DNA of 32,453 nucleotides from an uncultured virus (IMG/VR IMGVR_UViG_3300033170_000477) (lineage: Duplodnaviria > Heunggongvirae > Uroviricota > Caudoviricetes), in IMG/VR virus record IMGVR_UViG_3300033170_000477; one strand, written 5' to 3'. Both the position numbers and the translations under genes were made by a program. The notes under the pieces were generated by a model. That model did no database searches. It was not told the origin of the DNA and worked only from the letters and a program-made list of their open reading frames with translations. Below are positions 1-7,501 of the stretch, piece by piece; the first letter of the stretch is position 1; each line of letters starts with the position of its first letter.

Positions 1-1
1 C

Positions 2-142
2 GCCATGAAACCTGCGGACTCCTATGCCATTGCAGGCATTATGAAAAAGATTAATGGGTGGAACAAGTACCAAGGGAACAAGAATGGAACAAGTAATTTT
101 CCCATTTACGGTAGACAACGTTGTTACGAGAAGAATGAGTAA
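2..142 (+). CDS. 3' end (partial) of VapE/virulence-associated E-type phage primase-helicase
   Basis: Manual translation AMKPADSYAIAGIMKKINGWNKYQGNKNGTSNFPIYGRQRCYEKNE*, stop TAA 140-142. The 'W..Y...YGRQR.Y' ending and the position before VRR-NUC and SNF2 fit this family. Confidence 0.7.
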   Translation, partial: AMKPADSYAIAGIMKKINGWNKYQGNKNGTSNFPIYGRQRCYEKNE

Positions 143-343
143 GGTCGTTCCTTGTTCCTTAGTTGTTCCTTATGCTTGTTCTCTTAAAAACCCAGTCATT
201 ACCGACATTTTGGCTTTACTGGAATGAGTGGAACAAGAGTTTTACTACTTAGTAATAAATTAATAAATAGTAGTAGTAAGGCATCGTGAGCGTGTGTATG
301 CGCGCGTATAGGAAAAAACGTTAAAAGTTGTGCTTGTTGTTCC
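60..343. repeat. Iteron-like GGAACAAG repeat cluster with AT-rich core; putative phage replication origin
   Basis: GGAACAAG at 60-67, 75-82, 86-93, 230-237; reverse-complement copies or variants at 151-158, 162-169, 175-182, 337-343; inverted repeat TTACTACT 242-249 / AGTAGTAA 272-279 around an AT-rich stretch. Confidence 0.6.
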
Positions 344-366
344 TGATGAATTGTTGGAGGTCATTT

Positions 367-648
367 ATGCAAGAAAAACATATAGAACAAAAACTGGTAG
401 CGACAGTAAAAAGCATGGGAGGTATTGCCCCGAAATTTGTGAGTCCTGGAATAGATGGAATGCCCGACCGCATCGTGTTACTTCCCATGGGAAGAATCGC
501 CTTTGTCGAATGTAAGGCGACAGGAAAAAAGATGCGACCTTTACAAAATAAAAGAAAGAAGCAATTAGAGGCATTAGGCTTTCTAGTCTATTGCCTTGAT
601 GATATAGAACAGATTGGAGGGATACTTAGTGAAATACAAGCCACATGA
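367..648 (+). CDS. VRR-NUC domain nuclease
   Basis: MQEKHIEQKL...KFVSPG.DGMPDRIVL...FVECKA...RPLQ PD-(D/E)xK pattern; GGAGG at 356-360 supports ATG 367 rather than the track start 328. Confidence 0.9.
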   Translation: MQEKHIEQKLVATVKSMGGIAPKFVSPGIDGMPDRIVLLPMGRIAFVECKATGKKMRPLQNKRKKQLEALGFLVYCLDDIEQIGGILSEIQAT

Positions 649-1981
649 ATACCAAAGCTATGCCACTGAATTCATTTTATCCCATCCCATATCGGCTGTA
701 TTTCTTGAAATGGGTTTAGGTAAAAGTGTAATTACCTTATCCGCCATATTTGATTTGTGTTTAGATAGCTTTCTCGTTTGCAAGGTGTTAGTGATTGCAC
801 CTTTAAGAGTAGCAAGGGATACATGGCCTGCCGAAATCAATAAGTGGGATCACTTAAAAGGACTCTCTTACTCGGTGGCAGTGGGAACAGAAAAAGAAAG
901 AATCGATGCCCTCAAGAAACAATCAACACTATACATCATTAACCGTGAGAACGTAGATTGGCTGGTTCATAAAAGTGGTACTCCTTTTCATTTTGATATG
1001 GTGGTCATTGATGAGCTGTCATCCTTTAAGTCTTATGGTGCAAAGCGGTTTAAGAGTCTACTTAAAGTAAGACCCTCTGTAAAAAGAATAGTCGGCCTTA
1101 CCGGAACTCCCTCCAGTAATGGATTGATGGATTTATGGGCAGAATTTCGAATTCTTGATTTGGGTCAAAGGCTTGGACGCTACATTAGTCATTATCGAAA
1201 TACCTATTTTAAGCCAGATAAGCGAAATGCCCAGATTATATTTTCTTATAAACCACTGCCAGGTGCAGAAGAGGAAATCTACAAACAAATATCAGACATC
1301 ACCATTTCTATGAAATCTACCGATTATCTCAAAATGCCTGAATATGTCAGCAATGAAGTATTTGTCACTTTAAGTGATAAGGAATGGAAGGTTTACTCAG
1401 ATTTCAAGGAAGACATGGTGGCTAACTTAGGTGATGAAGATATTGATGCGGTTAATGCGGCAGTCCTTTCTGGAAAACTGCTACAGATGGCAAATGGTGC
1501 AGTATACGATAGCGAGAATAAGGCTCATGTGATTCATGACAAAAAGCTAGATGCCTTGGAAGATTTAATCGAAGGAGCTAATGGGAAACCGGTCCTTGTT
1601 GCTTATTGGTATAAGCATGATTTAGAACGAATTAAAGATCGATTTCCGGTCAGACAAATTCAGTCATCGAAGGATATTGAGGATTGGAATAATAGCAAGA
1701 TACCCATTGCTGTTATTCATCCAGCCAGTGCAGGTCATGGTCTTAATCTTCAAAGCGGCGGCTCGACTCTGATCTGGTTTGGTCTGACCTGGTCACTAGA
1801 GCTGTATCAGCAAACTAATGCAAGACTTTATAGGCAGGGTCAAAGGGATACAGTTATTGTCCACCACATCATCACCAAAAACACCATCGATGAAGACGTA
1901 CTGCTTGCACTCACAAAAAAAGAGAAAACTCAAGATGCCTTGATTGATGCGGTAAAGGCAAATTTAGAGGTGATGCGATGA
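629..1981 (+). CDS. SNF2-family phage helicase
   Basis: EMGLGKS Walker A, IDELS Walker B variant, LTGTP, HGLNLQ, QTNARLYRQGQ; GGAGG at 616-620 precedes GTG 629. Confidence 0.92.
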   Translation: MKYKPHEYQSYATEFILSHPISAVFLEMGLGKSVITLSAIFDLCLDSFLVCKVLVIAPLRVARDTWPAEINKWDHLKGLSYSVAVGTEKERIDALKKQSTLYIINRENVDWLVHKSGTPFHFDMVVIDELSSFKSYGAKRFKSLLKVRPSVKRIVGLTGTPSSNGLMDLWAEFRILDLGQRLGRYISHYRNTYFKPDKRNAQIIFSYKPLPGAEEEIYKQISDITISMKSTDYLKMPEYVSNEVFVTLSDKEWKVYSDFKEDMVANLGDEDIDAVNAAVLSGKLLQMANGAVYDSENKAHVIHDKKLDALEDLIEGANGKPVLVAYWYKHDLERIKDRFPVRQIQSSKDIEDWNNSKIPIAVIHPASAGHGLNLQSGGSTLIWFGLTWSLELYQQTNARLYRQGQRDTVIVHHIITKNTIDEDVLLALTKKEKTQDALIDAVKANLEVMR

Positions 1982-2199
1982 CAGAACCTTATCAAGATTT
2001 AGCCAATGCCATTATTTTGATGGCTGTTAAAGATTATAGAGATGCTTTAAAGAAACTAATGAAACGGCCTAGATATGGACCGGCACAAGATTTGAAAAAC
2101 GAGGTGGAGAGGTTCTTCCGCTCTGATTGGTATAGAGAACTTACCTCTGTTGATGGAAACGTCCTAATCAAAAAGCTACAAGCGGAGGTGAGCGAGTAA
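1978..2199 (+). CDS. Conserved phage hypothetical protein
   Basis: 73 aa; overlaps both neighbours; LANAII..AVKDYR...EVERFFRS.W pattern recognisable from this phage group. Confidence 0.8.
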   Translation: MTEPYQDLANAIILMAVKDYRDALKKLMKRPRYGPAQDLKNEVERFFRSDWYRELTSVDGNVLIKKLQAEVSE

Positions 2200-2651
2200 T
2201 GAAAGCAAAAGAATATTTACATCAAGCCTACAGGCTAGATAAACGAATCCAATCCAACATTGAGGAAATGGAAAGGCTAAGGGAGCTATCGACCAGTGTT
2301 TCCTCCCCTAGTTGGGGTGAGAGAATACAAACCCAGCGGCATACCGATGCTTTGTTTGTCAGATACCTGGAGCGAATTGAAGAACTTCAAATCAAGATTA
2401 ATGATGAGGTGGATCATCTTGTAGCACTTAAAGCAGAGATTCGAGATGTGATTAATAAAGTAACGGATATCGATGAACGCATGGTGTTACGTTATCGTTA
2501 TGTTCACAACTTTACTTGGGAGCAAATCGGTGATGAGCTGAATGCGGATAAGAGTACCATTCGCAGATGGCATGGCAATGCCTTAAATCATGTGGTCGTA
2601 CCTGAAAATCCAATTGTTATTCAAATGTTGAACAGCAATGAGCACTTTTGA
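2199..2651 (+). CDS. RinA/ArpU-like (DUF1492) late transcriptional regulator with sigma region-4-like HTH
   Basis: MKAKEYL.QAYRLD start, C-terminal RY...TWEQIGDELN..KSTIRRWH..AL HTH; directly upstream of HNH and terminase. Confidence 0.8.
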   Translation: MKAKEYLHQAYRLDKRIQSNIEEMERLRELSTSVSSPSWGERIQTQRHTDALFVRYLERIEELQIKINDEVDHLVALKAEIRDVINKVTDIDERMVLRYRYVHNFTWEQIGDELNADKSTIRRWHGNALNHVVVPENPIVIQMLNSNEHF

Positions 2652-2689
2652 GCAGAGATAAGCACCTCATCTTCATGTTACATTATAAT
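2639..2689 (+). promoter_or_regulatory. Putative late promoter with three 10-bp-phased T(G/A)AGCA repeats
   Basis: TGAGCA 2639, TGAGCA 2649, TAAGCA 2659; TATAAT at 2684-2689 with no recognisable TTGACA -35. Confidence 0.6.
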
Positions 2690-2710
2690 CAGCAAGATAG
2701 AATACTTACC

Positions 2711-2743
2711 AAGCCTTGTGGGATGCGCCCTGCAGGGCTTTTT
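2711..2743 (+). terminator. Intrinsic terminator-like hairpin in the late leader
   Basis: AAGCCTTGTGGG / CCTGCAGGGCTT 12-bp stem (3 G-U), 6-nt loop, TTTTT at 2739-2743. Confidence 0.6.
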
Positions 2744-2769
2744 CTATGCCCAGAAAGCGAGGTGATATG

Positions 2770-3129
2770 ATGCCAAGAAAACCAAAACGACCATGCAGTA
2801 CACCAGGCTGTCCCAACTTAACCGATGGCCAGTACTGTGAAGACCATCGAGTAGAAGAGCGTAGGCGCTATGACAAGTACCAACGGTCAAGTGATGTTAA
2901 TAAAAAGTATGGCAGAGCCTGGAAAAGAATCCGTGACAGATATGCACGAGAACATCCCCTGTGTGAGATGTGTAAAGAGGATGGAAGACTAACTCCTACC
3001 GAAGAAGTGCATCACATCCTCCCTGTTTCTCAAGGTGGTACACACGATAGAAGTAATTTGATGTCCTTATGTAAATCCTGTCACAACAAGATTCATTTAG
3101 AACTCGGTGATCGACAGATTCGTAGCTGA
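2770..3129 (+). CDS. Terminase-associated HNH endonuclease
   Basis: MPRKPKRPC..PGCP, HPLCEMC, EVHHILP...GGTH...NLMSLCKSCHNKIH; GAGGTG RBS at 2759-2764 (start 2767 or 2770). Confidence 0.92.
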   Translation: MPRKPKRPCSTPGCPNLTDGQYCEDHRVEERRRYDKYQRSSDVNKKYGRAWKRIRDRYAREHPLCEMCKEDGRLTPTEEVHHILPVSQGGTHDRSNLMSLCKSCHNKIHLELGDRQIRS

Positions 3130-3248
3130 GCCAAGGGGGAGGTCAAATCTCTAGACCTCTTATGGCGGACAACGGCCTGGGGCTTCGCATGTAAAAATCA
3201 GAAATCAAAGGGGGTATTAAAGACTTTTAGGAAAGTGGGGTGAAAAAC
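3130..3248. other. Candidate cos packaging-site region
   Basis: Non-coding gap between HNH and TerS; GAGGTC 3139-3144 / GACCTC 3154-3159 inverted repeat followed by GC-rich GGCGGACAACGGCCTGGGG. Exact cut site not determinable. Confidence 0.5.
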
Positions 3249-3788
3249 ATGGCGAAAGACGGTACAGCAAGAGGCGGTCAGCGTGTGGGTTCAGGAAGAA
3301 AATCAAAGGCTCTAACCGATAAAATTGCTGATGGCAGATTAAATGGTGCCATGATCCTGCCAGAGCCAACGGAAATAGAAGGTGCAGATGTTCCTCCTGT
3401 AAAAAATTATTTAAAGGCTACTCAGAAAAATGGCAAAGACCTCTGTGCAGAAGATATTTATATCGAAACTTACAAGTGGCTGAAAGATCGTGGCTGCGAA
3501 ATGTTAGTAAACAACCAGCTAATCGAGCAGTATGCCATGAGTGTTTCTCGTTGGATTCAGTGTGAAGAGTGCATTTCAGAATATGGCTTTCTTGCCAAGC
3601 ATCCAACCACTTCCGCTGCCATCGCATCACCTTATGTTGCGATGAGTCGTGAATACATGAAACAGGTCAATCAGTGCTGGTATCAGATTTACCAAATTGT
3701 GAAGGAAAACTGCTCTGTGGAGTTTGGAGGCAGAAGTCCACAAGATGATTTGATGGAGCGGTTATTATCTGCTCGGAAAGGAAAATAG
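3249..3788 (+). CDS. Terminase small subunit (P27 family)
   Basis: MAKDGTARGGQRVGSGRK N-terminus, IASPYVAM motif, D.MERLL C-terminus; position after HNH. Confidence 0.85.
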   Translation: MAKDGTARGGQRVGSGRKSKALTDKIADGRLNGAMILPEPTEIEGADVPPVKNYLKATQKNGKDLCAEDIYIETYKWLKDRGCEMLVNNQLIEQYAMSVSRWIQCEECISEYGFLAKHPTTSAAIASPYVAMSREYMKQVNQCWYQIYQIVKENCSVEFGGRSPQDDLMERLLSARKGK

Positions 3789-3789
3789 A

Positions 3790-4953
3790 ATGAATAAATA
3801 TAGAACGTGTGAAAGTGTATGTAAAGGTCATCCCGATAAACTATGTGACCTTATTTCAGATAGCATTTTAGATGCGTGTTTAAGAAAAGATAAATCCTCT
3901 CGTGTTGCTTGCGAGGTGATGGCTACCAAAGGACACATCATTGTTGCCGGTGAGATTACCTGCTCAAAGAGAATTGATATCAGAGGTGTTGTTCGCCGTG
4001 TTCTGACGGATGTGGGCTACAATCCTAGAAAGTTTTTAGTCTTTGTCTATGTCCATCAGCAAAGTAAAGATATCGCAGGTGGTGTAGATCAAGCTTTGGA
4101 ATCTCGTGAGGGTGATACGTCATGGTATTCCATGTTAGGAGCGGGTGACCAAGGTACAGTCTATGGCTATGCCACTAACGAAACCAGTGAGAAGTTACCT
4201 CTCCCCTTAGTCTTATCTCATGCCATTTGCGAAAAGCTGGATAAAGTGATGAAGAATGGCGTCATTAAAGATATTGGCCCAGACGGTAAGGCTCAAGTGA
4301 CCGTTGAATATGAAGGTGACAAACCAAAACGAATTAAGACCATCGTTGTCTCTGTTCAACACAGTGCAGATAAAGATTTAGATGTCTTGCGAAATGAAGT
4401 CATCGCTCAGGTGCTGTGGCCCGTCTTTGAAAAATATCCATTTGACAATGAAACAGAGATTCTCATTAATCCAAGTGGACGATTTGTTGAAGGAGGACCT
4501 GCAGCAGATACCGGTCTTACAGGAAGAAAAATCATGGTTGATACCTATGGCGGACTCGCCGCTCATGGTGGCGGTGCGTTTTCAGGAAAAGACCCGACAA
4601 AAGTTGACCGCAGTGGTGCCTATATGGCAAGGGCGATTGCAAAGAATATTGTTCGATGTGGCTTTGCTAAGCGATGCCAGGTAGCGATTTCCTATGCAAT
4701 TGGAAAAGCAGATCCTGTTGCTCTTGAGATTGATACCTTTGGAACAGGCACGGTGGGAGAAAGTATCCTTTGCCGTGCTGTATTAGATGTATTCAATTTA
4801 AGACCTGCAGCCATTATCGAAAAGCTAAAGCTGACGGATGTTATTTATGCAGATACAGCTACTTACGGCCATTTCAGATATGGCTTAAGCACGTGGGAAT
4901 TTCTAGATTGCTATACAGAACTAAGGGAGGCGGTAAACAAATATGTTGATTGA
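3790..4953 (+). CDS. metK: S-adenosylmethionine synthetase (methionine adenosyltransferase), phage-borne
   Basis: ESV..GHPDK, GAGDQG, DGKAQV, GRFV.GGP..DTGLTGRKI.VDTYGG, GGGAFSGKDPTKVDRS and YGHF motifs all present; 387 aa full length. Confidence 0.97.
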   Translation: MNKYRTCESVCKGHPDKLCDLISDSILDACLRKDKSSRVACEVMATKGHIIVAGEITCSKRIDIRGVVRRVLTDVGYNPRKFLVFVYVHQQSKDIAGGVDQALESREGDTSWYSMLGAGDQGTVYGYATNETSEKLPLPLVLSHAICEKLDKVMKNGVIKDIGPDGKAQVTVEYEGDKPKRIKTIVVSVQHSADKDLDVLRNEVIAQVLWPVFEKYPFDNETEILINPSGRFVEGGPAADTGLTGRKIMVDTYGGLAAHGGGAFSGKDPTKVDRSGAYMARAIAKNIVRCGFAKRCQVAISYAIGKADPVALEIDTFGTGTVGESILCRAVLDVFNLRPAAIIEKLKLTDVIYADTATYGHFRYGLSTWEFLDCYTELREAVNKYVD

Positions 4954-6181
4954 AAAGAAGAACACAAAAGACCTCATCCCTGCAACATACAATCCTCGTA
5001 AAGATTTGAAACCAGGAGATGCAGAATACGATAAATTAAAACGATCCATTGAACAATTTGGTTATGTAGAGCCGGTTATCTGGAATAAGGTGACCGGCCA
5101 TGTTGTTGGTGGGCATCAAAGACTGAAGGTTCTCATGGATATGGGCATCACAGAAGTTGAGTGTGTCATCATTGAAATGGACGAAGAAAAAGAAAAAGCA
5201 CTCAACATCGCGCTCAATAAAATTAGCGGTGATTGGGATAAGGATAAATTAGCTCTTTTAATTGCAGATTTACAAGGTGTAGATTTTGATGTTTCCCTAA
5301 CTGGATTTGACCCTAAAGAACTAGATGACTTATTTAAAGACACGCTGAAAGAGGGGATCTACGATGATGACTTTGATGTGGAGGAAGAACTTAAAAAACC
5401 AGCAATCAGTAAGTTTGGTGACATCTGGACGCTTGGCAGACACAGGCTTATCTGTGGTGACTCCACCCAGAAAGAAACCTATGATCTGCTGATGAATAAA
5501 AAGAAGGCAAACTTGTGCGTAACAGATCCTCCCTACAATGTGAATTATGAAGGTGCTGCAGGGAAAATCAAAAATGACCATATGGCAAATGATGCCTTCT
5601 ACCAGTTCCTCTTAGATGCCTTTATCAATATCGAAGAAGTCCTGGCAGACGATGCCTCCATCTACGTATTCCATGCCGACACCGAAGGGTTTAATTTTAG
5701 AAAAGCCTTCTCGGATGCCGGTTTTTATTTGTCCGGATGTTGTATTTGGAAAAAGGACTCCCTTGTACTGGGTCGTTCTCCTTATCAATGGCAGCATGAA
5801 CCAGTGCTGTTTGGCTGGAAGAAGAAAGGCAAGCATCAGTGGTATACAGGCAGGAAAGAAACCACCATCTGGGAATTTGATAAGCCAAAGAGAAATGGCG
5901 ACCATCCTACGATGAAACCCATCCCTCTGCTCGCCTATCCGATTTTGAACTCCTCGATGACTAACACCATTGTGCTAGATCCTTTTGGCGGCAGTGGTAG
6001 CACCTTAATTGCTTGTGAACAATCAGAGCGCATTTGCTACACGGCAGAATTAGATGAGAAGTTTTGCGATGTCATTATCAAACGCTACATTGAACAGGTT
6101 GGAACTTCCAAAGAAGTCAGTGTTCAAAGAGACGGGCTTAGCTATGGTTTTGATGAGTTGGAATTAGCTGCGGATGAGTAG
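4943..6181 (+). CDS. ParB-like N-terminal domain plus N6-adenine/N4-cytosine DNA methyltransferase
   Basis: YNPR...GGHQR ParB-like region; catalytic TDPPYN precedes HPTMKP and SAM-binding DPFGGSGST (beta-class order); 11-nt overlap with metK. Confidence 0.93.
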   Translation: MLIEKKNTKDLIPATYNPRKDLKPGDAEYDKLKRSIEQFGYVEPVIWNKVTGHVVGGHQRLKVLMDMGITEVECVIIEMDEEKEKALNIALNKISGDWDKDKLALLIADLQGVDFDVSLTGFDPKELDDLFKDTLKEGIYDDDFDVEEELKKPAISKFGDIWTLGRHRLICGDSTQKETYDLLMNKKKANLCVTDPPYNVNYEGAAGKIKNDHMANDAFYQFLLDAFINIEEVLADDASIYVFHADTEGFNFRKAFSDAGFYLSGCCIWKKDSLVLGRSPYQWQHEPVLFGWKKKGKHQWYTGRKETTIWEFDKPKRNGDHPTMKPIPLLAYPILNSSMTNTIVLDPFGGSGSTLIACEQSERICYTAELDEKFCDVIIKRYIEQVGTSKEVSVQRDGLSYGFDELELAADE

Positions 6182-6249
6182 TCGGCACTGTTTGGTTAAC
6201 ACAATTAGAGGGTAATACTTAGGACTTCTTTCTACACTAAATAATCGAG

Positions 6250-6289
6250 AAAAAGCTTGCTATATCAGTACTTTAGAGTGATATATGTA
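6250..6289 (+). promoter_or_regulatory. Bipartite motif A, copy 1 (AAAAAGCTTGCTAT-N8-TTTAGAGTGAT-R-TATGTA)
   Basis: 31/40 identical without gaps to 30411-30450; lies just upstream of the GGAGG RBS of the 6317 gene. Confidence 0.7.
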
Positions 6290-6316
6290 CATACCAAAAC
6301 AAAGGAGGTTTTGTAC

Positions 6317-7009
6317 ATGGTCATTAACTATAACGTAACAGGAGTAGACCGAAAAAGGCTAATTACAGCACTGAGCAAGATTACAGGTGTAAAAGCAAAG
6401 TATCTAGGAATGCCTAGCATGGCTTATGAGGTGGGAGATTTTATCATCGACAAGAATGGAACCCTTGAATTTTGCGACAAGGCAAATCGCACGGAAATCG
6501 AACGTGTGGCTGGGCATTTAGCCAGCGAGGGTTTTATTGCTGAGGAAGAGATAAGCGCTACAGAGGGCAGACAAACGGCGGACAGCGGAACGTTTGGTCT
6601 TTGTATCTCCATGCCAAGAAATAGCTTTACTGATACAGCATTAGAAAACATAAAAGCAATCATTCAGGTAAAAGGCGAACTGATTCGTCACGCTTTGCGG
6701 CTATACGATTTACCGATTAAGATTTCAGAAGAGGAAGTCTCATTTCCTTGGTTTGAAGAAATGCCTTCACCAGAAGAGGTACAAGCGTATACCCACTTTA
6801 TTTCAGCTCTTTGTGAGATGGCAAGGAATCAAAGACGCATCATGGCAAAAGAAAAGGAAACTCCGAATGAGAAGTATGCATTCCGATGCTTTTTACTGCG
6901 TCTTGGCTTTATTGGAAAAGAATATAAGGAAGAACGAAAAATACTGCTTAGAAACCTAACAGGTTCATCGGCATTTAAAGGAGGAGCTAAAAATGAGGAT
7001 AATCAGTAA
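6317..7009 (+). CDS. Conserved phage accessory protein (often auto-annotated 'virulence-related protein'); function unknown
   Basis: AAAGGAGG RBS before ATG 6317; C-terminal NEKYAFRCFLLRLGFIG.EYK..RKILL.NL.GSSAF motif. Confidence 0.75.
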   Translation: MVINYNVTGVDRKRLITALSKITGVKAKYLGMPSMAYEVGDFIIDKNGTLEFCDKANRTEIERVAGHLASEGFIAEEEISATEGRQTADSGTFGLCISMPRNSFTDTALENIKAIIQVKGELIRHALRLYDLPIKISEEEVSFPWFEEMPSPEEVQAYTHFISALCEMARNQRRIMAKEKETPNEKYAFRCFLLRLGFIGKEYKEERKILLRNLTGSSAFKGGAKNEDNQ

Positions 7010-7223
7010 GGAAAGATTACATCATCTTCGTGAAACGTATCCTGTTGGATGCCGTGTAGAACTATTAAGGATGGATGATATACAAGCACCAGTGATTGGA
7101 ACAAAAGGAACAGTAATAGGCGTAGATGATATCGGTTCAATCATGGTGTCTTGGGACACCGGGTCTAGTTTATCCGTAGTCTTTGGAGAAGACCTTTGCA
7201 GGAGGATTGACGATGACAGATAA
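6993..7223 (+). CDS. DUF4314-like small protein
   Basis: YPVGCRVELLRMDD..AP..GTKGTV.GVDD.G.I.V.WD.GSSL.V..GED pattern; GGAG RBS. Confidence 0.8.
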   Translation: MRIISKERLHHLRETYPVGCRVELLRMDDIQAPVIGTKGTVIGVDDIGSIMVSWDTGSSLSVVFGEDLCRRIDDDR

Positions 7224-7392
7224 GATAAAAGAGCAGATTCTTGCCATTCGAGATACAGGCCTTACCAATATGTTTGATGTGAACGCAGTCCAAAGAATCG
7301 CAGATGAGATGGAATTTTATGAGCTGGTCATTTTTCTTGAAGAAGAAAAAGCCAAGTATGTGAAGTTCATTTTAAACGGTGATGAAGATTAA
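7213..7392 (+). CDS. DUF5049-like small protein
   Basis: MTDKIKEQILAIRDTGLTNMFDV..VQRIA...FYELV.FLEE...YV.FIL.G; GGAGG RBS at 7201-7205. Confidence 0.8.
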   Translation: MTDKIKEQILAIRDTGLTNMFDVNAVQRIADEMEFYELVIFLEEEKAKYVKFILNGDED

Positions 7393-7422
7393 ATCATAAA
7401 TAATTCAATAGTATAGGGATTT

Positions 7423-7473
7423 GAGCGTGCAGACGCTCTTTCTCTCGTCATACAGCTTAAGGCTGTATTTTTT
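7423..7473 (+). terminator. Tandem hairpins / intrinsic terminator between accessory genes and terL
   Basis: GAGCGT-GCAG-ACGCTC (7423-7438) then ATACAGC-TTAAG-GCTGTAT (7450-7468) followed by a T tract. Confidence 0.7.
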
Positions 7474-7501
7474 ATGCTCATTTTGAAGGGAGGTGACCGC
7501 A

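Noticed and set aside
3790..4953. metK as a host gene marking a prophage boundary or misassembly
   Set aside because: It is 1 nt from terS, overlaps the phage MTase, and phage genes continue on both sides; no SAM riboswitch leader or host neighbours.
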